A program made the position numbers and the translations under genes. Shown here piece after piece: positions 7,882 through 14,073 of a stretch of DNA of 32,000 bases (within the stretch, counting starts at the first letter, position 1; every line of letters begins with the position of its first letter). The stretch is from Candidatus Calditenuaceae archaeon HR02 (GTDB lineage: Archaea; Thermoproteota; Nitrososphaeria_A; Caldarchaeales; Calditenuaceae): NCBI GenBank assembly GCA_002898395.1, contig BEHE01000001.1:54872-86871 (forward strand). Reading direction: 5' to 3'. A model generated the notes under the pieces. The model was given only the letters and a program-made list of their open reading frames with translations, was not told the DNA's origin and did not search any database.

Positions 7882-8454
7882 TTGAAGGTTAGGTGTAAAC
7901 ATTGTGGCAGAGAGTTTTCCTCGGAAACAGCTCTCAAGAGGCACATCAAGGACCTCCACAAATCATACTACTATGCGCCGAGAATAATCTTAGCAGTAGC
8001 TGTCGCCTTATTGCTAGTGGCCGCTGGAGCCTTTCTACTTACGAGGCAAGGGCTGGGGGCCCCTATCTCAGGCATTGAGTGCCATAGCGGAGAGGCGGTG
8101 AGCTATCATGTCCACACACTGCTCGAGATATATTTGAAGGGTGAGAAGGTTAAGATCCCCGCCAATATTGGGATTATACCCGGCCACTGCATGTACTGGC
8201 TCCACACACATGACGAGACAGGACTAATACATGTCGAGGCTCCCCGACAGATGAAGTTTACACTTGGTCAGTTCTTTGACGTCTGGGGGCAACAGCTATC
8301 AAGCGATAATGTACTTGGAATAGACCTAGCGTCCTCCAATCTAGAAATGAGAATGTACGTCGATGGTGAAAGATATTTGGGAGACCCACGCGAGATTGAA
8401 TTAGTTGATAATAGGCTCATAATCCTGGATATTGGACCACCATTCGCTAAATAG
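7882..8454 (+). CDS. Membrane-anchored protein: N-terminal classical C2H2 zinc finger, one TM helix, and a His/Cys-rich extracytoplasmic domain of unknown function
   Basis: 190 aa. C5-x2-C8-x12-H21-x4-H26 (CKHCGREFSSETALKRHIKDLH) has the canonical Phe/Leu core. The TM helix is IILAVAVALLLVAAGAFLL. The C-terminal domain carries HVHT...IPANIGI...GHCMYWLHTHDETGLIHVEAP...FTLGQFFDVWG. TTG 7882 is the only canonical start, because an in-frame TGA lies at 7843-7845. Confidence 0.75.
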   Translation: MKVRCKHCGREFSSETALKRHIKDLHKSYYYAPRIILAVAVALLLVAAGAFLLTRQGLGAPISGIECHSGEAVSYHVHTLLEIYLKGEKVKIPANIGIIPGHCMYWLHTHDETGLIHVEAPRQMKFTLGQFFDVWGQQLSSDNVLGIDLASSNLEMRMYVDGERYLGDPREIELVDNRLIILDIGPPFAK

Positions 8455-8531
8455 ACCTATACTTACGCCGCCCTCCGCCGCATCTGTGAATAATGGGGGC
8501 GACAATTCGTTAAAGAGGCAGCTTATGGAGA

Positions 8532-9059
8532 ATGTTGACGATGCTGAGCCTGCTGGTGGCGGTAATCTATGTACTCCCCGCATATATCGCCAACGGGACA
8601 CCAGTAGTTGTTCTAAGATTCGCTGGACGCGGTCATCCCCTCGATATGAGGATGGTCATGCGGGATGGTAGGAGGCTATTAGGCGATGGCAAGACTGTAG
8701 AGGGACTGGTCTCTGGCCTATCTGCAGGCCTAGCTGCAGCTGTTCTGCTCTACACATTTTTGCCTGGAGTCTATAGGGGTATCCTCGAGTGTGGGCTAAT
8801 GCCAATAGGCGCGATGGCAGGCGACATACTGGGGTCCTTCCTCAAGAGGAGGCTAGGGATTGAGCGGGGCGGGAGTGCACCAGTCCTTGACCAGCTCGGC
8901 TTTCTGCTGATGGCGCTGCTACTTGCGTGGCTACCCTACGGGCCACCCGGCTGGTTGGATCCACTTGCATTCCTCCTACTCCTCTTAGTCACTGCCCTCC
9001 TCCACGTCTCCACCAACGTCCTAGCTTATCTTGCGGGACTGAAAGAGAAATGGTACTGA
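8532..9059 (+). CDS. carS: CDP-archaeol synthase (CDP-2,3-bis-O-geranylgeranyl-sn-glycerol synthase, DUF46 family)
   Basis: 175 aa and polytopic. LPAYIANGTPVV...GHPLD...DGRRLLGDGKTVEG...GDILGSFLKRR are the CarS hallmarks as I recall them. Confidence 0.8.
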   Translation: MLTMLSLLVAVIYVLPAYIANGTPVVVLRFAGRGHPLDMRMVMRDGRRLLGDGKTVEGLVSGLSAGLAAAVLLYTFLPGVYRGILECGLMPIGAMAGDILGSFLKRRLGIERGGSAPVLDQLGFLLMALLLAWLPYGPPGWLDPLAFLLLLLVTALLHVSTNVLAYLAGLKEKWY

Positions 9060-9105
9060 GAATCATAACCAGTATATAGTAGCAGGTTCCCGGATACTAG
9101 ATTAG

Positions 9106-9471
9106 ATGAGAAGATACAGGATCAAGGTGAGGGCTATCTGCGGACCCACCGAGTCAGAATTGAAAGTTAGGAAGGCGATACTCAATGTCCTCTCGCTGGA
9201 GCATGAGCCACGGTTCGAGGTACACCGGCTGACAGGGATATTCGGTGAGCCGCTCACCATCTTAGAGACAGGTGTCTCAGAGGATGAGGCGGAACGCGCG
9301 GCGCGACGCCTCATAGAAAGCCTCTCGAGGGACTATATCTCTGAGAGGGTTGAAAGCAGTGGATCGACGGAGACAATACACCTAAGGCTGAACAAGCAGC
9401 TCGCATATCTCGGAATAATCCAGCCCTCGGAAGCTGACGCCATAAAGGTAGAGATAATCGCGCAAGGATGA
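9106..9471 (+). CDS. UPF0201/DUF54-family predicted RNA-binding protein
   Basis: 121 aa. IKVRAICGPTESELKVRKAILNVL matches the V.a.v.PTE...KV..Ai.N N-terminal motif of the UPF0201 family. It sits directly upstream of the RNase P protein genes. Confidence 0.65.
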   Translation: MRRYRIKVRAICGPTESELKVRKAILNVLSLEHEPRFEVHRLTGIFGEPLTILETGVSEDEAERAARRLIESLSRDYISERVESSGSTETIHLRLNKQLAYLGIIQPSEADAIKVEIIAQG

Positions 9472-9491
9472 AAACTCAGCGGTGCTGACTC

Positions 9492-10193
9492 TTGGCTAGG
9501 AGGTTCGTGGATGCTTGGCTTAGGCCGGGGAGCCGGAACACCCTAGAGGTTATGTTAAGGTCTTGCCACGAGCTGGGCTACTGGGGTGTAGCCGTCGAGC
9601 TAGATGATAATTCTTGGGGAGAGGTTAAGAGGATAGCAAGTGTATATGGCCTGGAGGTCTTTCGCAGAGTCACGTTCGAAGTGGGGTCGAAGGAAGAATT
9701 GTATAGGAGGTTGAGGGCTGATCGCTGGAGATACGACTTAGTCTCCGTCGCGACCCGTGATAGGGATGTTTTGATGGCTGCGGTTAGGGATATGAGGGTG
9801 GACACTGTTGTTGTCAGCGACCCCAGCTCGCCCCCAATCGATAGGCACATTGTCCAGGTAGTCGGCAATTCTCTGGAGCTGGCCCTATTCGACCTGCTGA
9901 AAGGCGGTTACGAAGCTTTGCGAACGGCTACCAGGATTGTGAGGACGGTCTATAGGAAGGGACTCAAGCTCGTAGTCTCTTCAGGCGCTAGGGACGAGTA
10001 TGGGCTTAGGTCTCCGAGACAGATTGCCTCGGTGGCATGGTCTCTTGGCTCCGCCCCCGATTATGCCCTCAACACCGTCTCAATTTTCCCTTCAGAGATG
10101 TTGTTAGAGAATCGTGGGCGGCTAGAGGGTCGTATCAGTGTGGAGGGTGTGTGGAGGGTTGCCAAGGGTGAAGAAGAGGTATCTAATGGTTAG
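9492..10193 (+). CDS. rnp3: Ribonuclease P protein component 3 (Rpp30 family)
   Basis: 233 aa with TIM-barrel-like alternating pattern: FVDAWLRP..., DLVSVATRDRDVLMAAVRD.RVDTVV and LKLVVSSGA...LRSPRQI. Its position immediately before Pop5 is the conserved archaeal arrangement. TTG start, with an alternative GTG at 9507. Confidence 0.75.
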   Translation: MARRFVDAWLRPGSRNTLEVMLRSCHELGYWGVAVELDDNSWGEVKRIASVYGLEVFRRVTFEVGSKEELYRRLRADRWRYDLVSVATRDRDVLMAAVRDMRVDTVVVSDPSSPPIDRHIVQVVGNSLELALFDLLKGGYEALRTATRIVRTVYRKGLKLVVSSGARDEYGLRSPRQIASVAWSLGSAPDYALNTVSIFPSEMLLENRGRLEGRISVEGVWRVAKGEEEVSNG

Positions 10194-10494
10194 GGTTGTT
10201 CCGCCTAGCGTCCAGGTGACGCCCGAGGAGCTTAGACAGACAGTTGCGAGAGAGCTCGAGAGGCTTGGCGGATGGCTTGCTCTAGCGGAGGCGGGAATCT
10301 CTGTCAGAAGAGCTGGAAAGGCAGCAGACGAGTTTATGCTTAGATGCAGTTTAAAGTCTGTCCCCCTAGTCCTCCTCGCACTAACTATGGTTCAGGGTCT
10401 CAAGGAGGAGCGTGTTAGGTTAGATGTGACAGGGATGAGCGGAACGATAAAGGGTCTAAGGAGATTTTCCAAGAGCTTGGAGGACTATTCCTGA
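10138..10494 (+). CDS. rnp2: Ribonuclease P protein component 2 (Pop5/Rpp14 family)
   Basis: LPRVKKRYLMVRVVPP... corresponds to the LPP.LR.K.RY N-terminal motif of archaeal Pop5. It overlaps the 3' end of the Rpp30 gene. The start is uncertain (GTG 10138/10147/10168, TTG 10159, ATG 10186), and TTG 10159 or GTG 10168 fit the family N-terminus best. Confidence 0.7.
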   Translation: MWRVCGGLPRVKKRYLMVRVVPPSVQVTPEELRQTVARELERLGGWLALAEAGISVRRAGKAADEFMLRCSLKSVPLVLLALTMVQGLKEERVRLDVTGMSGTIKGLRRFSKSLEDYS

Positions 10495-11384
10495 CTTTTA
10501 CCACACTTTGGACAGAATATGGCGCCTTCAGACATTGCTGCGCCGCAGAACTTGCATCGGGGAGCGGAGTAGACCCCTGCCTCACGCCTCTTCTCGATCC
10601 TCTTAGCTATCAGTAGAGAGACCTCCATCATCACGACCAATGGAAGGAAAAGGACGGTATTCCCGACCAGCCAGCCGTCAGGCGTTATAAACGCTATGAT
10701 TATGTAGAGTATGCCGTAAAAATAGACCCTGTTTCTTGAGAGTATGCTTGAGCTGAGTATGCCTAGTCGCACGAGTAATACGAAGATTGCAGGGGCAGTG
10801 AATAGTAGGCCCATAGAGCCGACCGTGGAGAAGACGAACATGTAGTAGTCACCAGCCTCTATCAGCCGCAGCTCGGGGGAGATGCCGATGATATCGGCAA
10901 ATATGGCCATGAACCTGATGATGAGTGGGACGACTATAAAATAGCTGAAGAGCGAGCCCATCGCGAATAGGCCGATAAAAGCTGTGAGAAACGGCCATAC
11001 GAGCCTTCTTTCCTGGGGATATAGCGCGGGGTTGACATAGGCGTAAATCTCGTAGCCTATTACGGGGATAACCGTGATGAATGCCACTAGGGCTGCGGCT
11101 ATGAAGTATATCTCGAGAGGTGAGACGAGACGTCCAGGAATTATCCTAAAATATCCACCAGCCAGCGATACCGTGTACTCCAAGACAAAGCTGATTGCAG
11201 GCTTGTACTCGCCCGTCAGAAGTGTGCTAATTCCTGAGAGCGAGATGTTTGAGGGAAATGCAAGCCAGAAGATAAGGGCAACAACATAGCTTATAGCGAC
11301 CATCTTAAGCCGATCCCTAAGCTCTAGTAGATGCTCCGTGAATGTCATCTCGTTTGGGTTCTTCCTTTCCTTCTTCCTACCCAT
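10485..11384 (-). CDS. tatC: Twin-arginine translocase subunit TatC with a C-terminal zinc-ribbon extension
   Basis: 299 aa. MTFTEHLLELRDRL... and YEIYAYVNPALYPQERRLVWPFL...FSYFIVVPL parallel E. coli TatC ([29 protein letters not shown]...FAYFVVFPL, recalled from memory). The tail CKFCGAAMSEGAIFCPKCG is a CxxC-x11-CxxC zinc ribbon. Confidence 0.9.
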   Translation of the reverse strand: MGRKKERKNPNEMTFTEHLLELRDRLKMVAISYVVALIFWLAFPSNISLSGISTLLTGEYKPAISFVLEYTVSLAGGYFRIIPGRLVSPLEIYFIAAALVAFITVIPVIGYEIYAYVNPALYPQERRLVWPFLTAFIGLFAMGSLFSYFIVVPLIIRFMAIFADIIGISPELRLIEAGDYYMFVFSTVGSMGLLFTAPAIFVLLVRLGILSSSILSRNRVYFYGILYIIIAFITPDGWLVGNTVLFLPLVVMMEVSLLIAKRIEKRREAGVYSAPRCKFCGAAMSEGAIFCPKCGKSQE

Positions 11385-11448
11385 TCCAATAGCCTAATGC
11401 TATCTGGGGCACGATGGATATAAATTAGTCGCGGTCTACGAGTATATA

Positions 11449-11922
11449 TTGATGGATGCTGCACGACGCCTCTTCCAATCCAACATAATGGCAGCTGCCG
11501 CGGTCATCATAATGAATGTAATCGGGAGCTACGTCTCTGCCATAGGAGCTGGGATGGTTTGCCCAGACTGGCCTTTATGCCCATTCCCAGCTGACTACCA
11601 TGTATTGATAGAGTTTCTCCACCGTGTCTGGGCGCTTGTCGTAGTCGCCACGATCACCCTGTCGGTTTTGAGGGCTAGGCGTGTTAACGCTGTGAAGGAG
11701 CTGAGAGTCGCCAAGATTCTGGTATACACGAGCCTCGCGGTGGTGATGGTTCAAGTAGGCCTAGGTGCGATTGTTATCTTCACCGCCTTACTGCCTGAGC
11801 TAGTAGCTCTACACCAGCTACTAGCCCAGATAATACTCTCATTACAGATGGCTGCGGCGGGGATTAGTTGGGCTGCAACTACCAAGCATATTGAGAAAGA
11901 GCAGATAACAGCGAAGAGCTGA
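11449..11922 (+). CDS. ctaA: Compact (four-helix) heme A synthase, COX15/CtaA family
   Basis: 157 aa with 4 TM helices. It has the GAGMVCPDWPLCP motif plus His in TM2 (EFLHRVWA) and TM4 (LVALHQL). This is half the size of the canonical 8-TM CtaA, like the compact archaeal variant described for Aeropyrum pernix. The start is TTG 11449 or ATG 11452. Confidence 0.75.
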   Translation: MMDAARRLFQSNIMAAAAVIIMNVIGSYVSAIGAGMVCPDWPLCPFPADYHVLIEFLHRVWALVVVATITLSVLRARRVNAVKELRVAKILVYTSLAVVMVQVGLGAIVIFTALLPELVALHQLLAQIILSLQMAAAGISWAATTKHIEKEQITAKS

Positions 11923-11929
11923 GCCGGAA

Positions 11930-12085
11930 CTATTCTTTCTCCCCAGCCTCTTTCTCGCCCTTCTTCATCTCCCTGCGGAGCTCGCCGAGGCTTCTCGCAA
12001 ATTTGAGAATAGTATCGGGCTTAAAGAAGATTATCAATAGGAAAATGACGACAACTATTAGGAATGCTTCGAGCGGCGATATCAT
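11930..12085 (-). CDS. Small TatA/TatB-family protein (second tat membrane component), not present in the supplied ORF track
   Basis: Hand translation from ATG (12085) to TAG (11930-11932) gives 51 aa: MISPLEAFLIVVVIFLLIIFFKPDTILKFARSLGELRREMKKGEKEAGEKE. This has a TM helix, a hinge and a basic amphipathic helix. It aligns with the upstream tatA product (LFLWGPERLPKIARAFGQAKREFEKA). It starts 2 nt after the tatA stop. Confidence 0.65.
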   Translation of the reverse strand: MISPLEAFLIVVVIFLLIIFFKPDTILKFARSLGELRREMKKGEKEAGEKE

Positions 12086-12087
12086 GC

Positions 12088-12390
12088 CTAGCCGGCCGCC
12101 AGCTTAGCTTTTATCTCTTGGACCAAGTCTTCCCGGCTCTTACCCTCTGTCGAGATACCTAGAGTCTTGGCCACCTCAAGCAACTTCTCGTCGGAGAGGG
12201 ATCCTACCTCACCAGCATGCACTGTTTTTCCATGTTCCTCCGAGGATGTCGCCTCTTTACTGGCCTTTTCGAATTCCCTCTTCGCCTGCCCGAATGCTCT
12301 CGCTATCTTCGGAAGCCTCTCGGGGCCCCAAAGGAATAAGACTAGAAGAACCGCGACGACGATTAACCATTCAAAACCCTGAAATGCCAA
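12088..12390 (-). CDS. tatA: Sec-independent translocase protein TatA/E with a C-terminal Rho_N/HeH-like helix-extended-helix motif
   Basis: FEWLIVVAVLLVLFLWGPERLPKIARAFGQAKREFEKA is a canonical TatA TM-hinge-amphipathic helix. The longest ORF starts at TTG 12414, only ~8 nt from the CTTAAATA box (12421-12428). TTG 12390 gives MAFQGFEWL... at proper promoter spacing. The C-terminus EKLLEVAKTLGISTEGKSREDLVQEI resembles Rho_N/SAP/HeH motifs. Confidence 0.85.
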   Translation of the reverse strand: MAFQGFEWLIVVAVLLVLFLWGPERLPKIARAFGQAKREFEKASKEATSSEEHGKTVHAGEVGSLSDEKLLEVAKTLGISTEGKSREDLVQEIKAKLAAG

Positions 12391-12439
12391 GCCTACTTCA
12401 CACCTAGTCTTCAAACCCCATATTTAAGTGTTCGTGAAT

Positions 12440-12901
12440 TCACTCAGTTATCCACGCATAAGAACCATCTGCGTAGACCTCTTTTTTGAAGAGCGCGGGC
12501 TCCTTCTTGTATCTCTCTACGGCTTCGCGGAGGGCGTTGAAGGCTGCGGCTCTCTGTCTGGCCGCGACGGCTACCAGCACCACAGGATCGCCTGGATTGA
12601 ATCTACCTTGCAGATGCCAGATGCCGACGTATGATGCGCCATGTTTCTCAGCGACCTCGCGGCATATCTTGTTAATCTCTAGATTTGCATTCTCCTCATA
12701 AGCCTCTATCTCGAGATACTTGACCTCTCTTCCGGTCCTGCCTTCACGCCTTGCTACGCCTAGGAAAATAGCGACTGCGCCAGCGCTGCCCGACTTGTAA
12801 ATGTGTGACAAATTTGATAGAAGTTCACCTATCCTAAGCTTGCATTCATCATAGACTCCAGGGCGAGGCAATTCCTTCACCCCAGCCTCCTCCAGACTCA
12901 A
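12440..12901 (-). CDS. moaE: Molybdopterin synthase catalytic subunit MoaE
   Basis: 153 aa. GAVAIFLGVARREG.....YLEIEAYEENA...I.....KHGASYVGIWHLQGRFNPGDPVVLVAVAARQRAAAFNALREAVERYKKEPALFKKE is the MoaE pattern. The TTG start overlaps the upstream stop (TTGA). Confidence 0.85.
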   Translation of the reverse strand: MSLEEAGVKELPRPGVYDECKLRIGELLSNLSHIYKSGSAGAVAIFLGVARREGRTGREVKYLEIEAYEENANLEINKICREVAEKHGASYVGIWHLQGRFNPGDPVVLVAVAARQRAAAFNALREAVERYKKEPALFKKEVYADGSYAWITE

Positions 12902-13968
12902 TGCGCCCCCCTCTTGACCGCCAAGACACTTAATGCCGCGGCTACACGTCTCGCTAAGCTTCTGAAGCTCTCAGCAGCCTCAGATGCTGGTTGTGAGACT
13001 ATAATTGGGACACCCTCGTCGCTATTTTCGCGGAGTATGGGCATTAGCGGTATCTCGGCCAAAAGGGGGACACCTATCTTTTCCGCCGACCGAGCCCCTC
13101 CGCCCCTGCCGAAGATGAACTCTCTCCGCCCACAGCCCGGGCATACATAATAAGACATGTTCTCGACAATTCCGAGAATCTCGACCCCCAGTTTCTGGAA
13201 CATTCTGAGGGCTTTGATAGCTATGTCAAGGGAGGCTTGCTGGGGGGTTGTAACTATTATGGCCCCTGTTATGGGTATCGTTTGGGCGAGCGTTAGGGGT
13301 GCGTCACCGGTGCCAGGTGGCAGGTCTACGACAAGGTAATCTAGTTCACCCCAGTCGACTTCTAACAGCATCTGCCTCACAGCACCACCCACAAGCGGGC
13401 CCCTCCAGATGATAGGCGTGTCGTCAGTGACAACTAAGCCCATAGACATTATCTTTAAGCCGAGAGGCCCTTCAGCAGGTGAGAGCTTCCCTTTCCCCTT
13501 GGCCTCAAACCGGTATGATCTTATAAATCGCGTGAGACTCGAGCCATATACGTCGGCGTCTAGGATTCCAACGGAGGCTCCTGTCTCTGAGAGGGCCACG
13601 GCTAGGTTGGCGGCTATGGTTGTTTTTCCCACACCACCCTTCCCGCTACCAACTGCGACGACGTTCTTTATCCCGGGAATTTCTATCGGTATAGGCTGCC
13701 CACCCCAACCCCTTCTAACCCTAGCAGTAACCTTCATGCTTACAGATTTGACGCCTGGTAGCCTCTCTACAACGCTCCTTGCCATCTGCTCTATTTGGGA
13801 GTTGTAGGGGCAGGCGGGCGTCGTTAGCTCAAGCGTAAAAGACACGTCACCATCCATTACCTTCAACTCCTTTATCATCCCCATACTCACTATATCCATG
13901 CCGAGTTCAGGGTCCCGCACGCCCCTTAAAGCCTCTAAGACTTCCCTTTCAGTCGGGCGCGTCAACAA
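12898..13968 (-). CDS. Mrp/NBP35 (ApbC-type) Fe-S cluster carrier ATPase with an N-terminal DUF59/FeS-assembly domain
   Basis: It has the DUF59 motif EVLEALRGVRDPELGMDIVSMGMIKEL, the deviant Walker A GSGKGGVGKTT, and CPGCGRREFIFG. The longest ORF reaches ATG 14055, but that would place the strong TATATAA element (14037-14043) inside the gene. TTG 13968/13965 gives the family-typical N-terminus (M)LTRPTEREVLEAL. Confidence 0.85.
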   Translation of the reverse strand: MLTRPTEREVLEALRGVRDPELGMDIVSMGMIKELKVMDGDVSFTLELTTPACPYNSQIEQMARSVVERLPGVKSVSMKVTARVRRGWGGQPIPIEIPGIKNVVAVGSGKGGVGKTTIAANLAVALSETGASVGILDADVYGSSLTRFIRSYRFEAKGKGKLSPAEGPLGLKIMSMGLVVTDDTPIIWRGPLVGGAVRQMLLEVDWGELDYLVVDLPPGTGDAPLTLAQTIPITGAIIVTTPQQASLDIAIKALRMFQKLGVEILGIVENMSYYVCPGCGRREFIFGRGGGARSAEKIGVPLLAEIPLMPILRENSDEGVPIIVSQPASEAAESFRSLARRVAAALSVLAVKRGAH

Positions 13969-14036
13969 GATAGAATCTAGCAGTCTAACTAAAAAAGAAA
14001 TTTCACGAATCCGCTTATGAGAGTTTGTACAAACGG

Positions 14037-14043
14037 TATATAA
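14037..14043. promoter_or_regulatory. Near-palindromic TATATAA element between divergent Mrp/NBP35 and ALDH/GAPN genes
   Basis: GGTATATAAGGGG lies 31-37 nt upstream of GTG 14074 / ATG 14080. The reverse strand reads CCCCTTATATACC. Confidence 0.5.
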
Positions 14044-14073
14044 GGGGGGATACATGGGATATGCGTTTGAATA

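Noticed and set aside
7701-7892. 63-aa ORF containing CEECGNILCGQH (a C-x2-C-x4-C-x2-H knuckle-like motif) in the glpK/zinc-finger divergent region.
   Set aside because: Its first codons overlap the conserved IVSIDQGTTG N-terminus of glpK on the opposite strand, and its end overlaps the TTG start of the next gene. The composition is atypical, and the region is better explained as two divergent promoters. It cannot be fully excluded without conservation data.
8401-8671. ORFs 8401..8601 (-) and 8432..8671 (+) spanning the zinc-finger-protein/carS junction.
   Set aside because: They overlap the ends of two supported genes, show no motifs and have low-complexity composition. The carS frame (8532..9059) explains the region.
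14053-14055. Longest-ORF start codons ATG 14055 (Mrp/NBP35), GTG 4605 (L32e), ATG 30174 (binding protein) and TTG 12414 (TatA).
   Set aside because: In each case the best TATA element lies inside or within a few nt of the extended N-terminus, and the extension lacks family-typical sequence. Downstream starts give canonical N-termini (DUF59 start, MSEEGG..., signal peptide MNGKKSY..., MAFQGFEWL...).
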